Assembly: GCA_042219045.1 (NCBI GenBank)
Contig: JBDGQO010000033.1
Location: forward strand, 57,568 to 121,567
DNA length: 64,000 nucleotides
Direction: 5' to 3'
Source: Candidatus Bipolaricaulia bacterium
GTDB taxonomy: Bacteria; Bipolaricaulota; Bipolaricaulia; RBG-16-55-9
Each line of letters begins with the position of its first letter. Positions within the stretch are counted from its first letter, which is position 1. This document shows, piece after piece, positions 29,154 through 38,611 of the stretch. The translations under genes were made by a program, and so were the position numbers. A model generated the notes under the pieces. It ran no database searches. It was not told where the DNA came from and saw nothing but the letters and a program-made list of their open reading frames with translations.

Positions 29154-29720
29154 ATGGCTTGGAACTTGCCGAACACGATCACGATCTTGCGCATAGCGAC
29201 GATCCCGCTGCTGCTGTTTGTGCTGCTGTCGGGCGTGATTCCGGGCGGCGAGATCGTGGCGTTGGTGATCTTTGCCTTGGCCTCGCTGTCGGACGCCGTT
29301 GACGGCTGGTTGGCGCGCAACCGCTCGCAAGAGACCGTGTTCGGGAAACTGGCCGATCCCATTGCGGACAAGCTTCTGATCATGGCCGCATTGGCAGTTT
29401 TCGTCGGTCGCAGTGATTTCTGGAACGAACTGTTGATCGTCTCGTTCGTCATCATCCTGGCCCGTGAGTTCCTCGTCATGGGGCTGCGCATGCTGGCGAT
29501 CGATAAAAATATCGTCATTTCCGCGAGCTGGTCCGGGAAATTGAAAACTTTGTCCCATATCGGACTGGTTTTAGTGTTGCTTATTGACAGCTTGGGCGGT
29601 TGGGGAACAATCAGCGGCATGATTGTCCCTGGCGCTATTTACCTTGCGGTGACGATGGCGCTCATCTCCGGCGTGGAGTACTTCTTCAAAAGCCGCGAGC
29701 TCTTCCGTACCGCTGCCTGA
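29154..29720 (+). CDS. pgsA: CDP-diacylglycerol--glycerol-3-phosphate 3-phosphatidyltransferase
   Basis: NLPNTITILR, DAVDGWLAR...FGKLADPIADK and GKLKT motifs. Confidence 0.93.
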   Translation: MAWNLPNTITILRIATIPLLLFVLLSGVIPGGEIVALVIFALASLSDAVDGWLARNRSQETVFGKLADPIADKLLIMAALAVFVGRSDFWNELLIVSFVIILAREFLVMGLRMLAIDKNIVISASWSGKLKTLSHIGLVLVLLIDSLGGWGTISGMIVPGAIYLAVTMALISGVEYFFKSRELFRTAA

Positions 29721-29791
29721 CCGATCGCTGACCCATCCCCAGGTCGCAACAAGCCCGATCCCAACATTTCTAGGCAAGGAGGGGAGTCACA

Positions 29792-30418
29792 ATGGGGGAA
29801 TCGTCTGACGCCCGGCGCGTCGTCTTCCTGCGGGGCCACAAGGTGATCTTGCGTCCGCTCGACAAGGCGCGAGATGCCGACGTCTGCCAGCGTTGGATCA
29901 ACGACCCGGACGTCAACCAGTTCCTGTTGGCCCATCGGCCCATCACGCCGACGGGCGAGGCCGAGTGGTTCGACCAGGTGGAGAAGTCCGACGAGGTCCA
30001 CTTGGCCATCGAGGCGGACGATGGCGTTTTCATTGGCCTCATGGGCATCCACGAGATCAGTTGGAAGGACCGGAGGGCCACCACGGGCGCGCTCATCGGC
30101 GAGAAAGCCTACTGGGGCCAGGGCTACGGGACCGACGCCAAGATGACGCTGTTGGATTACGCGTTCAACACGCTCAACCTACGCAAAATCTGTTCGTCGG
30201 TTTTGGAATTCAACGAGCGGAGCCTCGAGTACAACCTCCACTGCGGCTACCGGATCGAGGGGCGCCGCCGAGAGCAGTTCTTCCGCAACGGCCGTTACTG
30301 GGACGAGATCCTGCTCGGGCTGTTCAGGGAAGACTGGGAGCCCGTGTGGGCGCGCTACCGCGAGACCGGCAGCGTCTATGAGGAGACGTCCGAGGCCTCC
30401 GAGGCGTCGTCGGCATGA
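29792..30418 (+). CDS. GNAT acetyltransferase (RimJ/RimL family)
   Basis: YWGQGYGT, AFNTLNLRK and EGRRREQ..RNGRYWD motifs. Confidence 0.9.
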   Translation: MGESSDARRVVFLRGHKVILRPLDKARDADVCQRWINDPDVNQFLLAHRPITPTGEAEWFDQVEKSDEVHLAIEADDGVFIGLMGIHEISWKDRRATTGALIGEKAYWGQGYGTDAKMTLLDYAFNTLNLRKICSSVLEFNERSLEYNLHCGYRIEGRRREQFFRNGRYWDEILLGLFREDWEPVWARYRETGSVYEETSEASEASSA

Positions 30419-30780
30419 GGCCCGGGGGGGCCATTGGATCGCACCGAGCCCAAGCGCCGTTTCGCCCAACGGACCACGTTGATCGCCTGGGTGAAGGGAA
30501 GCAGGGGCCACGCCGCGAACGTCGCGATCAGCATGGTGTAGACGTTCGCCGGCGCGCCCTTGATCCCTTCTTCGTGGACATAGCGTTTCAAGCGGAGATC
30601 GGGATGCAAGTCTGGCCGGTAGTCTGGGGGGACCAGGCTCCACACGTAGGCGAGGTAGCGCCGTTGGGCGCATCCGCCGATCGTCACGGGTTGATCTCGG
30701 CCTCGCTCGATGGCTGTGCCGACGAAATCCAGCCCCATCAGAAAGCTGTTCGGCATATCGACGATCGGCATCTGGCTCAT
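30376..30780 (-). CDS. Hypothetical protein
   Basis: 134-aa ORF following the cohesin-like gene on the same strand; no motif recognised. Confidence 0.45.
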   Translation of the reverse strand: MSQMPIVDMPNSFLMGLDFVGTAIERGRDQPVTIGGCAQRRYLAYVWSLVPPDYRPDLHPDLRLKRYVHEEGIKGAPANVYTMLIATFAAWPLLPFTQAINVVRWAKRRLGSVRSNGPPGPHADDASEASDVSS

Positions 30781-30817
30781 GGGAACATCGGCCTCAACGC
30801 AAGCAACGGACTGTGGC

Positions 30818-31417
30818 CTAAAACGGGGCCGTCAGCAAGCCCGACTCCACGCGGGCATCGTAAGGCTCGTCCACGGCAAAGTCGGCCTCGAGTTCGTCGA
30901 CCGGGATGGTCAGGGACGCGCTGCCGGCGTCGATGCGGCGGAACGTCATGGTGAGGAGCCGTTCTTCGCCGTCAACATCCGACTGGCGGACGGCGTGGAC
31001 GCGAATCTCGCCCTCCTCGTTGAGCCGCACGATGTCCGTGTTCCAGTTGGCTGAGCTCGAGACCGCCAACACGCGCGCCAGGTGATTGGGAAAGCGAACC
31101 ACGAAGTCCAGCTCCTGCGGGTTGCCCTCGACCCAGAGCGGAATCTCCACGGGCGAGCCGTTCCACGTCACGACGCGGCCAATCTCCAAGTGGACGCGAT
31201 TGCCCGTCGTTGGTGCAGCCGGTTCTGTGGTCGTCTGTTGGGAAGCGTCGTGCGCGGTCGTCGCCTCGGTGGCTGTCGCGTCGGCCTCGTCGGTTGCGGC
31301 GGGTTCTTCGGTCGACGTTGCCGGCGCAAGCGGCGAGGCCGGCTCGAAGCCGCCGGCAAAGAACAGCACCCCAGCGAACGCAGCGCCGATCAACAACACG
31401 ATCAACAACTGTTGCAT
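30818..31417 (-). CDS. Membrane-anchored or secreted protein with Thr/Ala/Glu linker and a cohesin-like beta-sandwich
   Basis: GGAG SD; N-terminal hydrophobic helix; low-complexity linker; beta-rich domain (VEIPLWV...LLTMTFR...GSASLTI). Confidence 0.7.
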   Translation of the reverse strand: MQQLLIVLLIGAAFAGVLFFAGGFEPASPLAPATSTEEPAATDEADATATEATTAHDASQQTTTEPAAPTTGNRVHLEIGRVVTWNGSPVEIPLWVEGNPQELDFVVRFPNHLARVLAVSSSANWNTDIVRLNEEGEIRVHAVRQSDVDGEERLLTMTFRRIDAGSASLTIPVDELEADFAVDEPYDARVESGLLTAPF

Positions 31418-31563
31418 GGACCCTCACTCCTCTGATGATCGCTTTGATCCCCATCATACCAGAGAAGTAGACGGTCGAAAACACCCTGTGCTTGCCGGAA
31501 TATGTCTTGCAGGCTACAATCGCATGCTGATTTCACCGATCGACCCATGGAAAGGAGCCCAAG

Positions 31564-32952
31564 ATGCATCGATCGTTCCGCTGGCTCGGTTTGGGGGTGC
31601 TTGTGGTGTTGGCGCTCGTCGGAGCCACCGCCTCCGCCCAGACGGGCTCAACGCCGCTGGCGGTCGCCTGTGGCACCGACGGCCAAGCCCCCGACCTGAT
31701 CCCCGAGGTCCGTCGTGCCGCCGGCTTGGCCGCCGGCATCAAGCTGGACCGCAACGTCCAGGCGGAGTTCCAAAAGCTGATCGACGTCTTCTTCGCGACC
31801 GAAGAGGAGCTTAACGCCGATCCGCCCGAGCCGATCTCCCGAGCCGAATTGACCGCGTTCGACCAGGCGCTGAGCAAGCGCATTGCCGAGTTGGAGGAGA
31901 TCGCCCGCGGTCCGAACGCTCCCTGTCGGCAAGTCGTGGAGTTCTCCGCCCTGGAGAATACCATGCTCGACAATGTCATGAACGCTGGCCTCGACGTGCA
32001 GCCGGCGAACACCCTCGCCTCGCTCTATGTGACCCAGGCGTTCGTCCGAGCCTATCTGGCCACCGATGTGGACCAAGTAACAGCTGAGGACGTGCAGAAC
32101 GACTTTCCGGCTGAAGCGTTCCTGGCCGAAGCGCGACGGATTACTGGCACCGCGAAGCAGGCGGATACCTTTGAGTTGGGGCTGTCGCGATCCATTCTCA
32201 CGCGCTTGTCGCTGTTGACATTCGCGAGCGACATCTTTTCAGAAAGTTTCGTCCTGGACGAGCTGCTCAATGCAGAGAAGTGGCGGAACGTGGCCTGTGG
32301 GGGGACCGAGTCGTTCTCCGAGGTGGGCTTGGAAATCGACGGATCAATCAAGTTCTCGCACGTCGACGGCGGTGGTTATCCGTTCCGCGAGACGGCGGCC
32401 ACGTCCTGGTTCCAAGCCCAACTGCTGCGCAATCCGTTCGGCGTCCTGTTCGATCCGTCGTTCAGCGAGCGCCTCCGTGACGCGGCCATGAACGGGTGTA
32501 CGCCCGAACTCCGCACGGCAGCGGCCGACTTCTTCTTCCAGATCATGGACAAAAGCAATCGGGCTCAAGCGGCGCTCGAGGTGATCAACTCGGACACGAG
32601 CACCGAGTTCCAGCGCGCCGCCGCGCCCTGGGTCGCGATCCACTGGGCCCAACAGGACGACGGGCCGACGCCGACCGAACTGCAACAGCGGGCGCTCGAT
32701 GGTAAGACGGCGGGCACGCGAAACGCCGCCGGCTTAGCCCTCGGGCTCATTTGGGCCAAGCGCGTCCAGAAAGGCAACCTGGAACGGGGCTCGATCGTGG
32801 AGTTCCTTGGCTCGGATGGATCGACAACCCGGTCCGGAACGCTGGTCCAGTTCGCCTCGCTCCACACTGAGACGCACCCCGAGTTGGCGCGAGCGGCCGT
32901 GCTTCCGCTGACGCTCATGTATCTGGAAGACGCTGAGGCGGGAACGCGATGA
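31564..32952 (+). CDS. Secreted hypothetical protein with helical repeats
   Basis: AAAGGAG SD; signal peptide ending ASA-Q; recurring ELRxAA-like segments. Confidence 0.8.
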   Translation: MHRSFRWLGLGVLVVLALVGATASAQTGSTPLAVACGTDGQAPDLIPEVRRAAGLAAGIKLDRNVQAEFQKLIDVFFATEEELNADPPEPISRAELTAFDQALSKRIAELEEIARGPNAPCRQVVEFSALENTMLDNVMNAGLDVQPANTLASLYVTQAFVRAYLATDVDQVTAEDVQNDFPAEAFLAEARRITGTAKQADTFELGLSRSILTRLSLLTFASDIFSESFVLDELLNAEKWRNVACGGTESFSEVGLEIDGSIKFSHVDGGGYPFRETAATSWFQAQLLRNPFGVLFDPSFSERLRDAAMNGCTPELRTAAADFFFQIMDKSNRAQAALEVINSDTSTEFQRAAAPWVAIHWAQQDDGPTPTELQQRALDGKTAGTRNAAGLALGLIWAKRVQKGNLERGSIVEFLGSDGSTTRSGTLVQFASLHTETHPELARAAVLPLTLMYLEDAEAGTR

Positions 32953-32956
32953 CCTG

Positions 32957-32986
32957 TTGACCGGGGCTGGCCCGCCGTGCTAAGGT
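32957..32986 (+). promoter_or_regulatory. Promoter of the pheST leader
   Basis: TTGACC, 18 nt spacer, TAAGGT preceded by TG; lies 8 nt before the leader ATG. Confidence 0.6.
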
Positions 32987-32994
32987 CACTTGTC

Positions 32995-33084
32995 ATGGAC
33001 GGAAACGCGATCGCTTGCCCAAGTTGTGCCGTCGTGATGGGCTGGGGACCGGCCCGGTCATTCCTTCCGCTGTTTGCCCCCTAA
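32995..33084 (+). CDS. Putative pheST leader peptide (29 aa)
   Basis: MDGNAIACPSCAVVMGWGPARSFLPLFAP*; two Phe codons in the last 7; stop inside the GCCCCC-TAA-GGGGGC hairpin. Confidence 0.6.
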   Translation: MDGNAIACPSCAVVMGWGPARSFLPLFAP

Positions 33085-33166
33085 GGGGGCATGATGACTC
33101 GCTGCCGACCGCTCGTTGTCGAGACCGAAGGCTCCGTTGCACGTCCGTTTTCCAGGGAGCGAGCTT

Positions 33167-34213
33167 ATGAGCACCCCGATCGCCGATTTGAAATCCACCG
33201 TTGAGGAACTGCGTCGCGAGGGCCGTGAGGCGCTGGCCGCGTGCGACACGCTCGACGACTGCGAAGCCACGCGCGTTGCCTATCTGGGCCGCAAGGGCAA
33301 GGTGACGAGGCTGTTCGAGCGCTTGGGTGAGCTCGGCCCCGACGAGAAACCGCAGGCGGGCAAGCTGCTCAACGAGCTGAAGCACGAGCTCGAAGCCGAG
33401 CTCCAAGCCCGCCGGGACGAGCTCGAAGCCGAGGAGATCGAGCGCCAACTCCAGACCGAGCGCGTCGACGTCACGCTGCCCGGGCGTCCGGCCCAAGTGG
33501 GCCAACTCCACGTGAGCACGCGGACGCTGCGCGAGGTCTGCAACGTCTTCGGGCAAATGGGGTTCGAGGTCTACGAGAGCCCGGACGTGGAGACCGACGA
33601 GTACAACTTCCAGTTGCTCAACATTCCGCCCGATCATCCGGCCCGCGACATGCAGAGCACGTTCTATACCACCCGACCGGGCGTGATCCTGCGGACCCAG
33701 ACGAGTCCAGGACAGATCCGCGTCATGCGCGAGCGTTGCCCGGAGCCGATCCGGGTCGTCCTGCCGGGCATGTGCTACCGCTACGAGCAGATTACGCCGC
33801 GCTCCGAGATCCAGTTCCACCAGGTCGAAGGGCTCGCCGTCGGCGAGCGGATCACCATGGCCGACCTCAAGGGCACGCTCAGCGAATTCGCCCGCCAGAT
33901 GTTCGGCGCGACCGATACGCGCTTCCGCGGCAGCTACTTCCCGTTTACGGAACCGAGCGTCGAGCTCGACATTCGCTGCATCCTCTGCGACGGGGCGGGC
34001 TGTCGCGTCTGCAAACACACCGGCTGGCTGGAGATCCTCGGCGCCGGCATGGTGCATCCGAGGGTGCTGGAGAATGGCGGTTATGATCCCGGCGAATTCA
34101 GCGGATTCGCCTTCGGCCTTGGCCCCGAGCGCATCGCGATGCTGCGCCATGGCATCGAAGACATTCGGCTGTTCTGGGGCAACGACTTGCGGTTCTCGGA
34201 GCAGTTCGGCTGA
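33167..34213 (+). CDS. pheS: Phenylalanine--tRNA ligase alpha subunit
   Basis: HPARDMQSTF, LRTQTSPGQ, FHQVEG, YFPFTEPS and GFAFGLG motifs. Confidence 0.97.
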   Translation: MSTPIADLKSTVEELRREGREALAACDTLDDCEATRVAYLGRKGKVTRLFERLGELGPDEKPQAGKLLNELKHELEAELQARRDELEAEEIERQLQTERVDVTLPGRPAQVGQLHVSTRTLREVCNVFGQMGFEVYESPDVETDEYNFQLLNIPPDHPARDMQSTFYTTRPGVILRTQTSPGQIRVMRERCPEPIRVVLPGMCYRYEQITPRSEIQFHQVEGLAVGERITMADLKGTLSEFARQMFGATDTRFRGSYFPFTEPSVELDIRCILCDGAGCRVCKHTGWLEILGAGMVHPRVLENGGYDPGEFSGFAFGLGPERIAMLRHGIEDIRLFWGNDLRFSEQFG

Positions 34214-34375
34214 GGAGAAGGAGCTGTGTTGGCAAGCGAGGGCGACGATCGCGTCAGTCATGGGCGGGGCGAGGGCCGCCAGGGCCCAGACACCCAGGGG
34301 AGCGTGGCCTCGGGTGGATCAGCTCGACGATCATCTGTCGACGCCGGACCCTTGAAAGGCGAGGAGGACTGAGCC

Positions 34376-36838
34376 ATGCGCGTTCCCAAGAGCTGGCTCG
34401 ATCAATACGTACAGACGCCAGTATCCACTGACGAGTTGGCCCATCGGCTGACGCTGGCGGGCATCGAGCTTGAGGAGCACGAGACGCTGCCCGGCGATGG
34501 GCTGACGTGGGATCATCATGTCATCGGCCGCGTGGAGCGCGTCGAGGCCCACCCGAACGCCGACCGCCTGCTGCTGGCCCACGTGGACATCGGCAACGGC
34601 GAGACGCGCCAGGTCGTGCACGGCGCGCCGAACCTGCCCATCGGCAGCTCAGACCTGAAGGTCGCCGTGGCGCTGCCGGGCGCTCGGATCGCGCACGCCT
34701 ACGATGAGGACGCCGAGTTCATGGACGTTCAGGCCACGGAGCTGCGGGGCGCGGCGTCGAACGGCGTCATCTGCTCGGAGTACGAGCTCGGGCTGTCCGA
34801 ACACCACGAGGGCGTGCTGATCCTCGACGAGGACGCGCCCGTGGGGACGCCGTTGATGGACTACCTTGCCGATGAGGTGCTGGCGTTTGAGCTGACCCCC
34901 AATCTGGGACGCTGTTTGTCGATGATCGGCATGGCCCGCGAGGCGGCGGCCCTGACTGACGGCTCCCTGACGATCCCGGAGCCCGCATGGACGTGCGAGG
35001 GGCCATCGGCGGCGGAGCTGGCCCACGTTCGGATTGACGACCCCGAGCTGTGCCCGCGCTACACGGCGGCAATTGTCCAAGACGTCGAGCATCGCCCAAC
35101 GCCGTTCTGGATGCGCTATCGGCTCATGCAAAGCGGCGTGCGGCCGTTGAGCCTCATCGTCGACATCACCAACTACGTCATGCTCGAGTGGGGCCAGCCG
35201 TTGCACGCGTTCGACTATGACAAGCTCGTCGAGCGCGCCGATGGCCGTGAGCCGACGATCATCGTGCGCCGGGGCGAGTCGGGGGAGCGGCTGACGACGC
35301 TGGACGACGTCGAGCGCGAGTTGACCGACGACATGCTCGTCATCGCCGACGAGGCCGGCCCCATTGCGATTGCCGGCGTCATGGGCGGCGCCAATACCGA
35401 AGTGACCGAAGGGACTGAACATATTCTGTTGGAGTCGGCCAGCTTCGCGGCGATCAACAACCGCCGTACGTCGCAGGCGCTCGGGCTGCCCAGCGAGGCC
35501 TCGCACCGCTTCAGCCGAGGGGTGCCGCCCGAATTGGCCGAGCGTGGCAACCGACGTGCTGCCGAGCTGATGCGGATTCATGCCGGCGGCACGGTCGCCG
35601 AAGGGCTCGTCGATGCCTACCCGGCCCCGCCGGACCCGACGGTGATCGGGCTGGCCCCGCACGACGTCAACCGACTGCTCGGCATGGACCTGAGCGAGGC
35701 CGAGATCATTCGATCCTTGGAAAAGCTCGAGTTCCGCTGCGAGCGCGAAAACGGGATACTGAGCGTCGAGGCTCCTTCTTATCGCCTCGATGTGGGGATT
35801 CCGGCCGACCTGATCGAGGAAGTTGCTCGCGCCGTCGGCTACGATCGACTGCCGAGCACCCGGATGCGCGAGGCGCTGCCGCCGCAATATCATCACCCCA
35901 AGCTCGAAGGCGAAGAGCGTGTGCGCGATATCCTGACGGGCTGCGGCTTGACGGAGATGATCGCCTATCGGCTGACGAGCCTCGACCGGGTGGCCAAGCT
36001 CCATCCGGATGGCGACATGCCGGACGAGCCCTACATCGAGCTGTCCAATCCCATCTCGTCGGAGCGGACGCACATGCGCCGCACGCTCGTTGACGGCTTG
36101 CTGGCAACGATCGCGGACAACCAGCGCCATCACGATCGGATTGCGCTCTTCGAGGCAGGCCGGGTCTATCTCCCCGTCGCGGGCGCGGACCTGCCTGAGG
36201 AACCGCGTCGGTTGGGCATCGCGCTTGCAGGTCGGCGGCATCCGGACGCCTGGGTCACGGATGACGACCCGGTCGACTTCTACGACCTCAAGGGGATCAT
36301 CGAGACCCTGTTGGCGCGCCTCAACGTTCCGGATGCCCAATTCCGACCGAGCGACGCCGCGGCGTTCCATCCCGGCCGCACGGCCGAGCTGATCGTCGAA
36401 GAGACAGCTATCGGGACGCTCGGCGAAGTGCATCCGCGCGTGGCCGATGCCTTCGAGATCGACGGCCGGGCCTATGTGGCCGAACTCGACCTCGATAGGC
36501 TCTTAGCCCATGCTGTGGCGCGCGAGACGTATGACCCGATCCCGCGCTTCCCGGGCATCCGCCAGGATCTCGCCATCGTCGTCGATGCCGAGGCGCCGTC
36601 CGATCGCATCGAAGGGCTCATTCGCGCGCACGGCGGCGAGCTGCTTGCGGACGTGCGGCTGTTCGACGTCTACACGGGCGAGTCGATTCCGGAAGGCAAG
36701 CGGAGCCTGGCCTACTCGCTGTTGTATCGGGCCGAGGATCGCACGCTGACCGATGCGGAAGCACAGTCGATCCACGAGCGGATCCAGGCCGCTCTGGCGT
36801 CCGAGCTGGATGCCCAGGTCCGCGGCCTAGGCGCGTAA
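34376..36838 (+). CDS. pheT: Phenylalanine--tRNA ligase beta subunit
   Basis: HPNADRL, VDITNYVMLE.GQPLHAFD, DLIEEVAR and C-terminal FDX-ACB motifs. Confidence 0.96.
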   Translation: MRVPKSWLDQYVQTPVSTDELAHRLTLAGIELEEHETLPGDGLTWDHHVIGRVERVEAHPNADRLLLAHVDIGNGETRQVVHGAPNLPIGSSDLKVAVALPGARIAHAYDEDAEFMDVQATELRGAASNGVICSEYELGLSEHHEGVLILDEDAPVGTPLMDYLADEVLAFELTPNLGRCLSMIGMAREAAALTDGSLTIPEPAWTCEGPSAAELAHVRIDDPELCPRYTAAIVQDVEHRPTPFWMRYRLMQSGVRPLSLIVDITNYVMLEWGQPLHAFDYDKLVERADGREPTIIVRRGESGERLTTLDDVERELTDDMLVIADEAGPIAIAGVMGGANTEVTEGTEHILLESASFAAINNRRTSQALGLPSEASHRFSRGVPPELAERGNRRAAELMRIHAGGTVAEGLVDAYPAPPDPTVIGLAPHDVNRLLGMDLSEAEIIRSLEKLEFRCERENGILSVEAPSYRLDVGIPADLIEEVARAVGYDRLPSTRMREALPPQYHHPKLEGEERVRDILTGCGLTEMIAYRLTSLDRVAKLHPDGDMPDEPYIELSNPISSERTHMRRTLVDGLLATIADNQRHHDRIALFEAGRVYLPVAGADLPEEPRRLGIALAGRRHPDAWVTDDDPVDFYDLKGIIETLLARLNVPDAQFRPSDAAAFHPGRTAELIVEETAIGTLGEVHPRVADAFEIDGRAYVAELDLDRLLAHAVARETYDPIPRFPGIRQDLAIVVDAEAPSDRIEGLIRAHGGELLADVRLFDVYTGESIPEGKRSLAYSLLYRAEDRTLTDAEAQSIHERIQAALASELDAQVRGLGA

Positions 36839-36946
36839 GCGCGTCGTCGCCTGTCCGAGCGCGGTCCGATTGGCAAGTTCTGGCCTGGATTGATCCCATC
36901 TGTGCAACCGCGATGCCAGAGTCAAAGGCTGGCTGTCTTCTCCACG

Positions 36947-38611
36947 TCAACCGCACACGGCGCCATCGGCGGCGGACCCAACGAGCCGGGCATACTTTGC
37001 CAGTACCCCCAACGATGCGTCCGCTCGACCGGGTGAGTCCCGATTGCGCCGCCTGCGCTCCAGTTCGTCGTCGCTGACGTGCAGTTCCAACGCGTGCTGA
37101 TCGGCGTCAATCGTGATCTCATCGCCATCATGCACGAGCCCAATCGGTCCACCGACGGCTGCCTCGGGGGCGACATGCCCCACAACGAGACCGTGTGTTC
37201 CGCCCGAAAAACGGCCGTCGGTGATCAGCCCAACGTCCTCGCTCAACCCCGCACCGACAAGTGCCGAGGTGGGCCCAAGCATCTCGCGCATTCCAGGGCC
37301 GCCCTTCGGCCCTTCGTTGCGAATCACGGCGACATCGCCGGCTGCCATGCTGCCGTCCAGGATAACCGCCATGGCCGCTTCCTCGGAGTTGAACACGCGC
37401 GCTGGACCCCGGATCGAGCGCCGCTTGATGCCGGTCGTTTTAGCCACGGCCCCCTCGTCCGCCAGGTTGCCCCTCAGAATGGACAGATGGCCCTCGGGAT
37501 AGACGGGATCACTCCACGGCCGAATGACGGCCTGTCCGCTCGGCGGTTCCGCGGGCACATCATCCAATACTTGACGGAGCGTCTGCCCGTTGACGTTGAG
37601 CGTGTCGCCATGGAGTTGCCCGCGATCCAGCAGGATCTTGAGCACTTGGGGCACGCCGCCGGCCTCGTGGAAGTCGACCGTCACGTAACGCCCGGACGGT
37701 TTGAGGTCGCAGAGAACGGGCACCTGGCGACGGATCCGTTCGAAGTCGTCCAGGTGGAGCTCGATGCCGACCGTGCGAGCCATCGCCAGAAGATGGAGCA
37801 CGGCGTTGGTCGATCCGCCGAGCGCCATCGTGAGGGCAACGGCGTTCTCGAACGCCTCGTGCGTCAACAGATCGCTGGGACGCAGGTCGTTCTGGATGGC
37901 CTCGACCAGGGCTTGCGCTGACCGAGCGGCGCTGTCGGCCTTCTCGTGATCTTCGGCCGCCATCGTGGACGAGTAGGGCAGACTGAGCCCCATCGTCTCG
38001 AAGATCGAGGACATCGTGTTCGCCGTGAACATGCCGCCGCAGGCGCCGGGGCCAGGGCAGGCATGGCGTTCGATCTCGCCCAATTCGGCGTCGTCGATGC
38101 GGCCTGAACTGCGCGCGCCGACGGCCTCGAAGACGCTCACGATCGTCAGGTCTTGGTCGTTGTAGCGCCCTGGCTTGATCGTGCCGCCGTAGACGAAGAT
38201 CGACGGGATGTCCAGACGGGCCATCGCCAGCGCCGCCCCCGGCATGTTCTTGTCGCAGCCGCCGAGCGCCAGGACGCCATCGTGACGTCCCGCGTTCGCG
38301 ACGGTCTCGATGGCGTCGGCGATCACCTCGCGGCTGACGAGGGAATACTTCATCCCTTGAGTCCCCATCGAGATGGCGTCGGAGACGGTGATCGTCCCGA
38401 ACGCCTGCGGCATGGCGCCGGCATGATAGAGCGCGGTCTCCGCCCGCTCGGCCAAAGATGCTAAACCGGCATTGCACGGCGTCACCGTGCTGTGGCCACT
38501 GGCCACTCCGACGATCGGTTTCCCGAAGTCGTCGTCGCCGAAGCCGACCGCGCGGAGCATCGCTCGTGCCGCGGCCCGATCGTATCCTCGGGTCAGGTCG
38601 TGGCTTTTCAA
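36947..38611 (-). CDS. ilvD: Dihydroxy-acid dehydratase
   Basis: [33 protein letters not shown] and TDGRFSG motifs. Confidence 0.96.
   Translation of the reverse strand: MKSHDLTRGYDRAAARAMLRAVGFGDDDFGKPIVGVASGHSTVTPCNAGLASLAERAETALYHAGAMPQAFGTITVSDAISMGTQGMKYSLVSREVIADAIETVANAGRHDGVLALGGCDKNMPGAALAMARLDIPSIFVYGGTIKPGRYNDQDLTIVSVFEAVGARSSGRIDDAELGEIERHACPGPGACGGMFTANTMSSIFETMGLSLPYSSTMAAEDHEKADSAARSAQALVEAIQNDLRPSDLLTHEAFENAVALTMALGGSTNAVLHLLAMARTVGIELHLDDFERIRRQVPVLCDLKPSGRYVTVDFHEAGGVPQVLKILLDRGQLHGDTLNVNGQTLRQVLDDVPAEPPSGQAVIRPWSDPVYPEGHLSILRGNLADEGAVAKTTGIKRRSIRGPARVFNSEEAAMAVILDGSMAAGDVAVIRNEGPKGGPGMREMLGPTSALVGAGLSEDVGLITDGRFSGGTHGLVVGHVAPEAAVGGPIGLVHDGDEITIDADQHALELHVSDDELERRRRNRDSPGRADASLGVLAKYARLVGSAADGAVCG

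Noticed and set aside
32990..33166. T-box riboswitch upstream of pheS (and of ilvB)
   Set aside because: No GGTGGNACC T-box sequence or terminator U-tract is visible in either leader.
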